Origin: Podarcis vaucheri | Lineage: Eukaryota | DNA: 64,000 nt | Direction: 5' to 3' (one strand) | Assembly: GCA_965113315.1 (NCBI GenBank) | Contig: OZ220373.1 | In this document: in pieces, positions 11,338 to 23,225 of the stretch | Layout: every line of letters begins with the position of its first letter | How positions within the stretch are numbered: position 1 is the first letter of the stretch | The notes under the pieces: model-generated | Database searches by the model: none | What the model was told of the DNA's origin: nothing | The model's input: only the letters and a program-made list of their open reading frames with translations | Made by a program: the position numbers and the translations under genes

Positions 11338-12685
11338 TAAATTTGGTTTCCCGTGACGACTAAACCTGGGACTGTAGCTTGCCTCTCCATAAGAAACCAG
11401 GATCATGAGCCAGCCTTAAACCATGGTTTGATGCTGGCTTACAAATCCTGGCTTGATAAGGAGAAATAAACCATGAGTGGTGTAGGAGAGCTGAAAACAA
11501 TGCCAATATCTTTCACATCTGGCAACCAATGCACCCCTTTGGTTTCAGATCGTGAATGGGTAGACAAGTCTAAAAAGCCCGGGATAAAAATTTTCACGGC
11601 CCTCTGGTGGCTAAGAAATAATGTATTTAGCATTAACTCTGGAAGTGTAAACTTGATTCTGATCAAACTAAGCCTCCTGATGTATATTGTTCTCTAGGCA
11701 CACACCCCTGCGACATGCGCGAGTGACGCCAGCATGCCGTGGGCGTGCCAATGTGACACGGGCATGCTGACATCACACACACAAGCCCCGCTGCCACAGG
11801 GGCAAGGCAGCACACCTGGTGTGAAAAGAGGAGGAGATAAGAAATTACAGAAGAGGAGTAATTTCTAAGTTATGTTGTTGAGAGGAAAAATCTAAAATAA
11901 AAAGCATTCGCCACTTGAAGTCTCTGGACCAGTAGTTTGTGTCTAAAATGAGGAGACTAAGGAACGTTACCTCCAAAGCCAATGTTGGTACTTAGCTGGA
12001 GGAAAGCTGAACTATGGAACTCCTTGCCACAAGGGCATTTCCACTGACTCTGGAGGTAACAGGACTTAGTCTCTTCATCATGTCATTAAATGCCTGCTAA
12101 TTATGCCAAACTTCACCTTAATTTTGTTCTGCTCCTCCATCATCAATTTGTGATTGGCAGGCCTCAGTAATTTTGTGCCCCCTCTGGTGGGCGCTGAGAA
12201 TACAATGTCTTGAAACACACACCCGCTCTAGTTAAGATTTAAGAAATACGACACTAGATTTGCTTATTAGGATTGCTTTTGAACCAGCTGCTGATGCTGA
12301 GCCTTTCATACAAAACATTATCCGCATCCATAGAAACAATTTCAGGATTTAGTCAGCTGCTGCAAAAGATGGTTATAGAAGTGCTCTCTTGAGTTTCAAT
12401 TCTGATTGCAGGTCAGATATGTGAGTCAGTAGTTCTAAGGTTATATTAGCAGAGGGATGAGTGTGTGCTTTTTAATCTAAGTCTTGTGCTATACCTGACA
12501 AGTGGTCCAATTTCTTTCCAGCTGTCGTGAGATCATGGTGGATGACTAGTGCTCTGAATCAGAGTGCCGATCACTCACAAACTACAAATTCAGATGCAGG
12601 AAAAGGTCATCATTCTACTTGCCGCTAGTCGACGTGGAATAGCAAAACCAGCACAAGGTAGGGAGGGGAATGGGTAAGGCAAAGG

Positions 12686-12851
12686 TAGAATCATAGAATC
12701 ATAGAATCATAGAGTTGGAAGAGACCACAAGGGCCATCGAGTCCAACCCCCTGCCAAGCAGGAAACACCATCAGAGCACTCCTGACATATGGTTGTCAAG
12801 CCTCTGCTTAAAGACCTTCAAAGAAGGAGACTCCACCACACTCCTTGGCAG
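12686..12851 (-). mobile_element. CR1 LINE 3' end
   Basis: (TAGAATCA)n tail, the reverse of the CR1 (TGATTCTA)n tail, followed by CR1 3' sequence. Confidence 0.75.
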
Positions 12852-13566
12852 TGTTAAAAAGGTAGTTTAAACACTCACAGCAGGAAGCACCACCTTAACT
12901 TTGGTACATTGCTTTCAAGGACTGGCTTCCTAGATGGCCCCAGAAACTGAACTCAAGCACCTAAGCATGCAACAATGGTGAACCAAGGTACTATAATCCA
13001 GATCAGCACCCTGGAAACCCCATGTAAGTCACGATGAGCCTGTTTAAATGAACAGTGGGCTAGATGTATAGTAAATAACTAGTAAGGTAACTTTGAGGAG
13101 ATCAGTGCCCATTTTGGGGTTAGGATAATTGCACAATTGCACAGCAACTTCCATTCTGAAGTTGTTCCTAACTCCAAAGTATTTTGAATTCCACCTGCCC
13201 ATTTGCTCCTCCACACAGGGTTGAGAAACTTTGGCTAGCAGCAAAGAGAAAGATACTGCTTGAATAAGGCGCATGGAACAGATTCAGTATCAGATTTCTC
13301 TTCCCAGCTGTCTACAAGTCCCATTAGTGCTGTTCACTATTATCAAGACCTTCCCACACCTGCCCTCTCTCTATAATTAGGATGGCTTATGGTTTATCTG
13401 GGCCTTTTTCAAAACCAGATTTCCTTAACAGCAGTAGCTGTCAATCACATCGGCTTGAATGGTGAAGACTTTCAGGATCCACATTCTGTTAAGACAAGTA
13501 GTACTGAAGTACATTAAAGTCACTGGACAAGTTTCTTTGCAAAAGGATAACAGTAATTTTCCTTAC

Positions 13567-15298
13567 CATAAGTGTGGCATTTTCATTTGACGTTTGGGTT
13601 CTCTCCGATAGGTCACTAATCCATTTGCTTTCCCAAGGGATTCCTTTTTCTCTTTCTTCACCATGAAATAAACTGATGTGGTTTGAAGCATTCGCTATCT
13701 CCCGCTTTCCTTGCTTTGAAATACTTTCTCCTTGTCGGTGAAGCAGTGCAGCAGAATCCAAACAACTTCTTTCCATCTGAAGTGTGTGAATTTCAGAGGT
13801 GTGCCGCTCTTTAGGATGTAACAAATTTAAAGTGTCTTTTGATGTCTTGATCCGATTGGCTTCAACTCTGGATTTACCTTCAGCTGGTTTCTTTCTCACC
13901 TTTGCTGACTGTTGTGAGTTTTTCCGAGAGTAGTATTTGTCTGCAACTCGTTTGGTTGCTGTCTCCAAAGAACCGCTCAAGTCACAAGAGGAAGACTTCA
14001 TCGCTGAAATCCCATTTTCTATACCTTGCGAACCGGCAACAGAGACGTCCACAGCAGAGGGACTGCTGCTACTGTTTTCTTCCTCCATTTGAGGACAATC
14101 ATTTTCAATTGCCATGAGAGTTGCAGACAGCTTGTACTTCTCTTTGTCTTTCATACTGGAAGTTTTACTTTGCTGTTGCCCAACAGTGAGAGTCATTTCT
14201 GCTTGCAAGGTTGATGGACTGTATGCAGTGAGGTCGCTCCTGACAGCTACTTCTTTGGATTTTGACTGATGACCACAGAAGCCAATGGTGGCTTCCATAG
14301 GCACAGTGTTATCTGACACTTGAAACAGGCGAGGCATTTCACTAAGGAAGTAAGCACACCCATCACAATCACTCCCCGGTATTAACTCATCTTCCTCATC
14401 ATCGCTTTCCAACAGGAATCTCAGCTTGCTTTCCCAGTTCTTGTACGCTTCCTCTGTCATCACGTCAGAACATTCAAAGTACTCGAGGGAATCATCATCA
14501 GAAGACTCATCAACTGTAATAAAGTTTCTCTCCAAGCAGAGCTCAACGTTATTGCTGGCATTTGTAGAGGAATCCCCTAAAAAGCAGATCTGATCTCCTA
14601 AAGGGACACTTGTTTGGTTCCCAGACAGTGTGCTGTTTTTCAGAGGTTTACTAAAGCTATCCTCTTCATGTGTCTTGGCATATTCAGTTGTCTGACAAGC
14701 AGCTAAGACTTCAGCATTAAGGCAGCAGCTGTCTGTGTGATCAGTGATTTGACTTGCTGGTTGGAAATCCACATCATCTAGCTCGCCTTCAGTAGAGTCC
14801 GTAGATGCTTTAGTGCTCTCATAAATAAAGAGATCAGGCATATGATTGGACATGCCACTAATGCTGTGATAATATTCCTTTAGATTGGATGCATTTTTTA
14901 CTTCCATTTCGTCTCCTGAACTATGATTTTCCAATGGAGGACAAGTTTCACATTCCACTGTATGGAAAAACATTTCTCCCGTTTGCTCTGTAGATAAATC
15001 GCTAAATTCTGGCGCTGGAGATTCTGGTGAACCTAAATAGAAGCCACATTCATGGAGCGAATACTGTTTTTCTGCTAAAGCTTCTTTATCTTCCATATCA
15101 TCATCTGAAATTTTCTGCTGACATACTGTAACTTCATTTCCTCTGAATGTTTCTATATTCTCTTCAGGACTACAAAGTAGATTTTGATATGCTCCAGATT
15201 GGTCATCAGAAGTCACTTTAAGAAAAGCTGAAGACTGAGTGGTTCCAAAACAGTTCTTAGCCACAATTTTGTAAACTCCAGCTTGCTGCTCTGTGCAC
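13567..15298 (-). CDS. ALPK2: ALPK2 third coding exon (1732 bp): end of the N-terminal Ig domain plus a long acidic/low-complexity region
   Basis: Acceptor attcacag|G, donor ATG|gtaagg. Reads CTEQQAGVYKIVAKNCFG (human CTKNDAAVYQISAKNSFG) and contains LEYFECSD and LRFLLESDDEE. Phase 2 in, phase 0 out. Confidence 0.93.
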
Positions 15299-15885
15299 CT
15301 GTGAATTTTAAAACACAAATATTAAATTTTAATATACAATGTCTGTATTAAATACTTAAACTTTTATATATATATATTTTTAAAGTTGAAATATCCTCAA
15401 TGGAGATGTATTCTCGATCTCAAAATGACAAAATGTTGGTAACTTAACAGGGGAAAAACCACACACTATGATGTTCAAGATAACTGGGGTCAAAGAATGA
15501 AGTAGTGTGAGGCAGCCACAGGGCGGTTGCCTTGGGTGCAAAATTGTTAGGGGCACAAAATTTCAACACCCAGGGCTGTCTTTTGTGAGGGAGATGGGGC
15601 AGGGATGGCTTTCCCACTCTCCTAATGGCCCATCCTGATTGCTTTGTTTGTTATTATGTTATGGGGTGTGTGTGATATTGCAAACTGCCCTGTGATCCTC
15701 GGATGAAGGGTTGTATATAAATGCAATAAATAATAATAGCAATAATCTCTGTGTGAGGTGCTTTACATGATATCCTAAGCCAAACCTTGACTTAGCGAGA
15801 CTACCGCAGTAGGCGTACATTTGCAGCCTTTGATTCATTCCTGAACATAGTCGAGAAATCAAGAAATGCTGAGGAAACAAATTAC

Positions 15886-16003
15886 CTAAAGAGATGTAAG
15901 ACCTGAGTCATGTCATCCTCCAGTATTTCACAGCTAGAAATGTTCTTTTCTTGACTGATGTCTTGCCCGTTCTTATACCAAGTTACCTCTGGCTTTGGGT
16001 TGC
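15886..16003 (-). CDS. ALPK2: ALPK2 second coding exon (Ig domain)
   Basis: tttcaag|GC...TTTAG|gtaat. Reads GNPKPEVTWYKNGQDISQEKNISSCEILEDDMTQVLHLF (human GQPKPEVTWYKNGQ). Phases match the neighbouring exons. Confidence 0.95.
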
Positions 16004-17010
16004 CTTGAAACACATGGAGGAGAAAACTGTTATTTCACACTGATAAGCAAATGTTTCTGAACGTAAGGAGCTTATGGACGAAATAAGCAGGAACAACATC
16101 TTACATTTGAGCAACTGCACGACTACAAAACTTTGAGGATGAATCTGTTGCTTGATATGAGGTATGGACAGACAAGCATTGACATAAAAAATCTGACATT
16201 ATTATTATTACCCCAACCATCTGGCTGGGTTTCCCCAGCCGCCAAAGTATTATCATATACAGTTGCCATATGTCCTCTTTTTCCAGGACATCATCTTTTT
16301 CAGGGGTAAAATTTCTGCCAGGGTAGATTTTTTAAATTTGCCAAAAATGTCTCTGGTTATACTTTCTGGATGAGACATAGACATAACTGGTGGGTGAAGA
16401 CTTGCTTTACTCTTCTCTTCTCCTGCCCCCCCCCCCCCAACAATCTATCACAGCTTCTATAGCCTACATAGAGTAGGGGTGTTTAAAATGAGAGTCATCA
16501 TAGAATCCTATCTTTTGCTCTTCAAAATATGGCAACCCTAATGTTAAAAAATAACGAGTATTGCCACCTGAGGCTTTTAAATTTTTATGTAGACCCATGT
16601 CACTATTGTGTCATCTGCTGAGCCTGAACTATGGCTTTAGGCTCCATACAGATATTGGAAACATAAGATGTTTATTAAACTGGGTTACGTACAATTTTTC
16701 AGCAGAACTCTAAATACAGGCCTGCAACAGGGTTTCTTCAAGTGACAATAGGGATATAAGATTCTAGAGGTTGGGTTGTACCAGTGCACTGCTAATTTAC
16801 TGTGCCTCAAGAAACACAATCACACAACTCTATGTAAAAAGCTCTCCAAGTTGTTTGAATTTGATTACTGAGCCATTTCCCAAGGTCATTTTGATACAAT
16901 GAATTTGTGATTCTTCTGGAAAGTGGCCCTTTCTTTTAATAATATACAATTCTTCTGAATTATGATTTCAACTAACACATGTATTTCAGTATTAAGTCAG
17001 GGGTGCTTAC

Positions 17011-17125
17011 CAGATATCTTGCAGGAGAACATGGTATCTCCATTTTCTGGCACCGACACAGATGACAAAGTTGATAAAAAATAAGGAGCGCTCTTATTAA
17101 CAGATGATTCTGAGCCTGACATCAT
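17011..17125 (-). CDS. ALPK2: ALPK2 first coding exon (the exon starts at 17141 with 16 nt of 5' UTR)
   Basis: MMSGSESSVNKSAPYFLSTLSSVSVPENGDTMFSCKISG (human [27 protein letters not shown]). Acceptor ttctttcag before 17141, donor G|gtaagc. Confidence 0.93.
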
Positions 17126-17430
17126 CCTTCGCCCCACTGATCTGAAAGAAAAATAAAAGCCTAAGAAGCGCTATGTCTCTCTTTTAAGTGCCAGCTACTG
17201 CAATGAAGCATTTTATCTTCTGTGGCAGGACATGAAATAAAGTGAAAGTGGCAAGCAATTTAGGGCAAAAATCTTGTTTAGCTTCAGCTGCCTGGGCTGC
17301 TAGGAGCAATGACTCACTGCTCAGTGACGGATATTCTTTTAGTCTCCATTTGTCAGTTGGGGCAAATTATAACCCAAAAGCTTACATTGCAGGTGTTTTT
17401 TGCACAGACTATCCCCTTTACCATCTAGCA

Positions 17431-17566
17431 CAGGCTTCCTCAAACTCGGCCCTCCAGATGTTTTTGGCCTACAACTCCCATGATCCCTAGCTAGCAGGAC
17501 CAATGGTCAGGGATGATGGGAATTGTAGTCTCAAAACATCTGGAGAGCAGAGGTTGAGGAAGACTG
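17431..17566. mobile_element. hAT (Charlie-like) MITE
   Basis: TIRs CAGGCTTCCTCAA / TTGAGGAAGACTG, perfect 8-bp TSD ATCTAGCA, largely palindromic body. Confidence 0.85.
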
Positions 17567-18197
17567 ATCTAGCAGATCTAATGAAAATTCATTTGGTTCC
17601 CCCATTTCTCTGGAATGCAATGGTAAGCATTTATAACAGCCAACATTTCACAGCCATGTACACCCCTGTACTTGCAAAACAGGATCTACACAGGAGTGTC
17701 AAGCCTAATGAGCACAGCACTAATCTGGGTCAGGTCTTGCCCTCATGAAGCAGTTGCCAAGATTAAAGGTCCCCACCTCCCCACAGTCGCCTATGTCTGC
17801 TCCTCTCCAGGGGTTTTTTCCTCCAAGCAATCAGAGGCTGCACCTGCATGCCTGCCTTTGCTCCTCCCGCTTCATGCCTCTCCTGGTTCTGGGAGACTAG
17901 GCAGGAGGGGAGCTTGTCACGGCACATCTGTGCCTCTTCACAAGCCTCACTCATCTCTGCTTTGCGGAGAAGTGTTTCGTCAGATAACCATGCAAGGATT
18001 TGTACTTCCAAGATTAACAACTTGAATTCCGAGCCAGTGCAGATTTTAAGAAGCAAGTGTTATATGGTCCCCTAGGCACCAGAGCCATCAAGACTCTGGT
18101 AGGTGCAATTAACATGGATATTTACAGGGAAATGAGTCCTTTTGTGCCTCACCTAACTGCATCCTACCGTGTGCTGCTCTCCAGCATCAACTATCCC

Positions 18198-18242
<45 letters not shown>
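18198..18242. repeat. (TAT)15 microsatellite
   Basis: Read directly from the sequence. Confidence 0.95.
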
Positions 18243-18243
<1 letters not shown>

Positions 18244-18374
18244 TATTAAATTTGTTGTAACAGGGCCAAGGACCATGAAAGGAGCGGGCTGCACAATGTG
18301 GCTAAGTAGTAGTCCAGTAGCCCCAAGATGACAGATCTAAAATATGCCTGGATTGCACACACAGTTTAAATAGA

Positions 18375-18491
18375 TCATAGAATCACAGAATTGGAAGGGA
18401 CCACAAGGGTCATCTAGTCCAACCCCTTGCAATGCAGGAACCTTTTGCTCAACATGTGGCTTGAATCCATATGCTCTACCATCTGAGCTAC
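18375..18491 (-). mobile_element. Squam3-like SINE, degenerate
   Basis: Reverse complement of the CR1-like tail and tRNA-like head seen at 8934-9079. Confidence 0.55.
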
Positions 18492-19193
18492 CATCAGGTT
18501 TTTGAGATAGATAGGCAGATCTCTCTATCTAAATAATTTTCACCCCACTTTTCAGCTGAAAAGACTGATAGAGCAACTTGCAATACTAAACCATTTTGTA
18601 TAAAGAAACCTTGATTTAAGTGTTGCAGAAAGTGCCTGGGGACTAGAGAAAAATCTCAGCAACAGTAAACAAGTATCTCCTATTCGTGTTCAAATGCTGA
18701 TTAGTCCATTTTATGGTAGAGACCTATAATAAGACTTATTATGCAAATTAGCAGCAACACTGACAGTGACAAACCCCTATTATTTTTAGCCAAGCGATAA
18801 CTCTTTTAAAATAATAATTTAACGTTTGCTCCAGGGTAATTTTCCTAGACAAGAATGAACAAACAGGTAAATTAAGTGTATATGTGTAATTACTCTACTT
18901 TGCATGGAGATGTTTTTATACTTGATTGCCAAAGACTGAGAGCTGTTTCCCTCGCCTTTTCCCTCTGTGGAAAACAAAAGGCAATCAAAGCAGCTACTTG
19001 AAGTTAAATTGCTCCTGTCATTTTCTTATTAGAGGCCTTTTGGTTGTTATCTGATCTTTTAACACATCACACAACCTCTCAAAATACTAACAAGCAGGGT
19101 AGAGCAGTGAGAAAGTGGCAGCTGCTTTCATGCAAGGTCTGTAACAGCTACCACCACTATTGGGGACATTTTGCATCTGCATGCTAGTTACTG

Positions 19194-19326
19194 TAAGGTT
19201 ACCAGATTTTTTTCAATGAATCCGGGGACACTTTTCAACTTCAGTAGGAATGATAGGATTTTGTCAGGGGACTGATCTGTAAATCCGGGGACCATCCCCG
19301 GGAAACGGGGACGTCTGGTAACCTTA
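19194..19326. mobile_element. hAT MITE (133 bp)
   Basis: 13-bp TIR TAAGGTTACCAGA / TCTGGTAACCTTA and perfect 8-bp TSD AGTTACTG. Confidence 0.88.
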
Positions 19327-19478
19327 AGTTACTGTGAATCACAAGTTGGGGAGCACATTTGCCCCTGGGTTGTGTTGTGGGGTTCCCATTTTAAACACGA
19401 GGCTAGGAGTGGCTGGCATAGATGGAAGCCAAGTTGGAGTGCACTGGCAGGAGAGTCTAGATTGCTTAAATCGGTGTA

Positions 19479-19684
19479 CAGTGGTACCTTGGGTTACATA
19501 CGCTTCAGGTTACAGACTCCACTAACCCAGAAATAGTACCTTGGATTAAGAACTTTGCTTCAGGATCAAAACAGAAATTGTGCGGCGGCGGCGCGGCAGC
19601 AGGAGGCCCCATTAGCTAAAGTGGTGCTTCAGGTTAAGAACGGACCTCTGTAACGAATTAAGTTCTTAACCTGAGGTACCACTG
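19479..19684 (+). mobile_element. Tc1/mariner-type MITE (CAGTGGTACC family A)
   Basis: TIR CAGTGGTACCT, TA flanks. Near-identical copies at 25383, 32800 and 43310. Confidence 0.88.
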
Positions 19685-19841
19685 TACCTGCACTACCCCT
19701 ACCTGACATTTGCCTTGCCCCACACCATCCTGGTAAGTGGCAGTGTAGGGAGTATAGATGCATGGCATTGTGCAAGGTGTTCCTTGATCAACTCCGGCAA
19801 ACTCTCTTCCCAGGTTTCCTTGGGAAGAGGGAATAATAATA

Positions 19842-20416
19842 CCAAATTGGCCCGAATATAAGCCACACTTTATTTCCAAATTCTGACAGTGAAAAGTTAA
19901 AGTGTGGCTTATATTCGCAACCTTCCCTTTCCCCCGATGACTCAGGGGAGACTTGGGAACAACAGGTGGACTGCGCACCTTTGCCCTATCCTCCTGGGCT
20001 GCTCTCGGGGGGGGGGAGGGGAGTGGTGCTGTGGTGCTTTGCCAGCAACCTCCCCCACCCCCCCAAGAACAGCCAAGGATTGTGGGGCAACGGCACGCAG
20101 CCCACCTACTGCTCCCAAGCCTCCCTGGAGCTGGGGGGGGGGAGAGGGAAGGCCGCAGGCAAAGCAGCATGACTCCTCCCCCCAGAGCAGCTCAGGAGCG
20201 CAGGGCAACAGCCCACAGCCCGCCCACTGCTCTCAAACCTCCCCCGAGCTGCCAGAAATAAGAGGGAAGGGAGGGGAGGTTGCCAGCAAAGCAGTACGGC
20301 TGCCCCCAAGGAAGCAGCCCAGGAACGCGGGGGAATGTCTTTTTTCCTCCCCCCCCCCCTTGAATTTTGATGGTGCGGCTTATTTGCAGGTGCAGCTTAT
20401 ATTCAGGCCAATACAG
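19842..20416. mobile_element. Non-autonomous Tc1/pogo-like element with GC-rich internal duplications
   Basis: Ends ccaaattggcccgaatataagcc / gcttatattcaggccaatacag, TA flanks. Confidence 0.6.
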
Positions 20417-20769
20417 TAGCTCAATATCAGTCTACCTACAAAGGTAGCTAACCTTTTTAGGCCCCAGGGTCACATTCATCAATAAGCTGACCCTTTGGAA
20501 GAGGCTGCCACATGTCAGTGGGAGGTGAGGGGGGTCAATGGGTGTGGTGACCTCACTCTTGAACATACACTCTCACATGTATGCACACACAGAGGACATA
20601 CAGCCGCCCCTCCTCAACTTGCCTGCACATATCAGCTCTGGAGGAGGTTATCAACCCCTCTACTTATCAAATGATTGATCTGATGGTCAGTCACCAAAGG
20701 GTACCCAATGGCAGTTCGCGCAAGCTTCTAATATGCAGTATTCCTGATGTCAGATTCCTGATGTCAGAT

Positions 20770-21285
20770 TTATGTCCATTAGGAATTACAAGACAGAGAA
20801 ACCAGTAGAAGAACACTTCAATCTCCCAGGACATTCTATACAAGATCTCAATGTAGCTGTCTTATTACAAAAGAATTTCAGAAGTAGACTGGAAAGAGAA
20901 GTTGCTGAATTGCAACTTATTACCAAACTTAAAACCATGGAGAGACTGGTCTGAATAGAGACATTGGATTCTTATCTCATTATACATGATAAAGCTATTT
21001 TTAGCCATCTCACCCCTTGCTTTTTCCTGTAAAACCAATTGCAGTCATTAACAGTCGTCAACAGGTTTACCACACCTATCAGCCAATCACCCATTCCCAC
21101 CACCCTTCTGAGTAATACTCCTCCCCACCCTCTCACTATATATAAGGGTCTGGTGACTTCTGTTTCAGTGTATCTGAAGTGTGCATGCACATGAAATCTC
21201 ATACCAATAACAAACTTACTGTAGTTGGTCTCTAAGGTGCTATTGGAAGGAATAGCAGACCAACACAGCTATCTACCTGTAACTA
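20770..21285 (+). mobile_element. Penelope-like element 3' fragment (GIY-YIG C-terminus plus 3' region)
   Basis: EKPVEEHFNLPGHSIQDLNVAVLLQKNFRSRLEREVAELQLITKLKT is typical of the end of the PLE GIY-YIG endonuclease. Confidence 0.8.
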
Positions 21286-22421
21286 GAAGATGAGATAGAT
21301 ACTGCCACTCCCTGGAATTGTAAGTAAGAAGGCAAACATGTGGCAGCTGGCTGAGGACAGACTAAAGTTGGTGGAATGGTGTCCCATTTGCCCAAATGAA
21401 TGAGCCTTTAGGAGAAATGGGCAAATGGTCAATTTGTCAAAATGGTTTCCCTCCCCTTTTCATTATTTTGCTGAATCAAAGAGACTTCCATGAACATGAG
21501 GACACCGGCTGCATACAACCCATTATGTTCTTATAAGCAAGGACTGCTGCACCAGCATATCCTGACAATCTGTGGCATTCTGCTAGCTGATCATACACCA
21601 TTGAAGGCTTTGTGCCTCTGCATCAAATCTATTGTATTCAACCAGCTATAGCCATTATCTGGTTTGATAGCAGCAAGAAACACACAAAGCGTTGAGTGGC
21701 ACACAAATGAAGAAGAAAAACCAGGATGTAGCAGGTGTGATCTGATATCAGGAGCTGTAGCATTCTCCCAAAAACACAGAGGACTCATGTAACAGAATTA
21801 CTGTGATGAGCAGGGGGGAAGCATAATGTGAAAGGATGTGAGATAAATAGCCACCTTAGAAAATATAATTTGAATTTATTAAGGCCTGCAAGAAATTCAG
21901 GTATGGCCTCTTCACTTAAGGGAGTAATTTCCTGAAGATAAGAAAATGCAATGGTAGAATGAAGATGATCAGCAATCAACTCAACTTAGATTTTGCAGGT
22001 GAAAATAAGTAAGGGGTGGGGGGGAAGGTAATGCAGAATAAGGATATCATAAAGGAGCAAACTACACACATGTACGCATAATGAAACCCCAACTTTAAAA
22101 ATGAAAGCAGCCGCAATTTTGAGTTGAGATACAGCAAAGTACAGAGGGAGATGGAAGAAATGAATCACTCTCAGAGAGAACAAAGGCGGATACAGGTTTG
22201 CATGAAATCTGCATATACTAATTTAGACATAATTACACTATAATTATTTCTAAATTACTAATAATTCAAAATGTCATTATTTCTAAATTACTAAGAACTG
22301 TAATTTTTAATAGAAATATGGTACATCTCACTTTAGTGAGGAAGAATTTGCCCAGGTGACCTTTGTGCCTGCTTACCCTGCTCTCTAGGCAGTAACTACT
22401 CCTGCTCTTGCTTCTTTTGGG

Positions 22422-23225
22422 TAGGGCTGGGCGATATCAGCTTTTCAACACTGCGGTGTATCGCCAGCCAAACACTGCGGTTTAGCGATATACCGTGATG
22501 TTGAAAAAACAAGATGCACTGGCCTCTGCCCGTGAGACACCGGGTGAAATTGACCCAGCTCTCAACTCAAGAGCTGAAGCAATTTCACCCAGGCACTCAC
22601 GGGCTAGGACAATGCAGCTTGTTCACACCGCTCAGCCGGGGCTTTGGAAGGCTTACCCTCCCCAACTGAGACATGCGTGCGGCAGGAGCACAGGGGCTGC
22701 TTTGTTCCTCCTCCCCAGCTGAGAGAGCCCCGGTGCTCTCCCCACTTGCACGCAAGCGGACGGAGCAATGGGGCTCCTTTAACAGCTTGCTGCAGGGAAC
22801 AACAATCTCAGCAGTTTCACGGAGCCGCCACCCTGCTGCTGGTTCGTGGGAGCCAGGGCCGGGGCTGGGAGCTCATTTAACTGCTTGACTGAGGCAAGGG
22901 CAACTGCACAGTCCTCAGCCAAGCAGTTTAAAGATGCAGAGGGAGGAACAAGCTGTATTGGTGCCTCGCTGATACAGCTCGTGTCTCCCTCTGCGGCATA
23001 TGAGGGCAGAGTGGGATGGCGGTTTCACTCAGCGATATATCGCTGGTGAAACCGCTGCTGCTCCTGGAGGAACAAACTCTTGACTCCCCCCAGGTGACTG
23101 CTGCTAGCAGAGGGACTCAGGAGCGGTGGCAGTTTCACCAGTGATATATCGCTGAGTAAAACAGACACCACGGTCTGCTCCTCATACCGGTCCTGAGTGA
23201 TATATTGATATATCACCCAGGCCTA
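22422..23225. mobile_element. Non-autonomous hAT element (804 bp) with multiple internal hairpins
   Basis: TIR TAGGGCTGGGCGATAT / ATATCACCCAGGCCTA and perfect 8-bp TSD CTTTTGGG (22414-22421 and 23226-23233). Confidence 0.88.

Noticed and set aside
12170-12200. CTCF-like motif (reverse strand CCACCAGAGGGGGCAC)
   Set aside because: The G-run spacing departs from the consensus, and a single motif is not supportable without data
13489-15318. A 609-aa single-exon gene
   Set aside because: It is an internal ALPK2 exon, and the ORF ends run into intron sequence on both sides
18057-18260. Poly-Tyr ORF (and the poly-Ile ORF at 45077)
   Set aside because: These are translations of trinucleotide microsatellites
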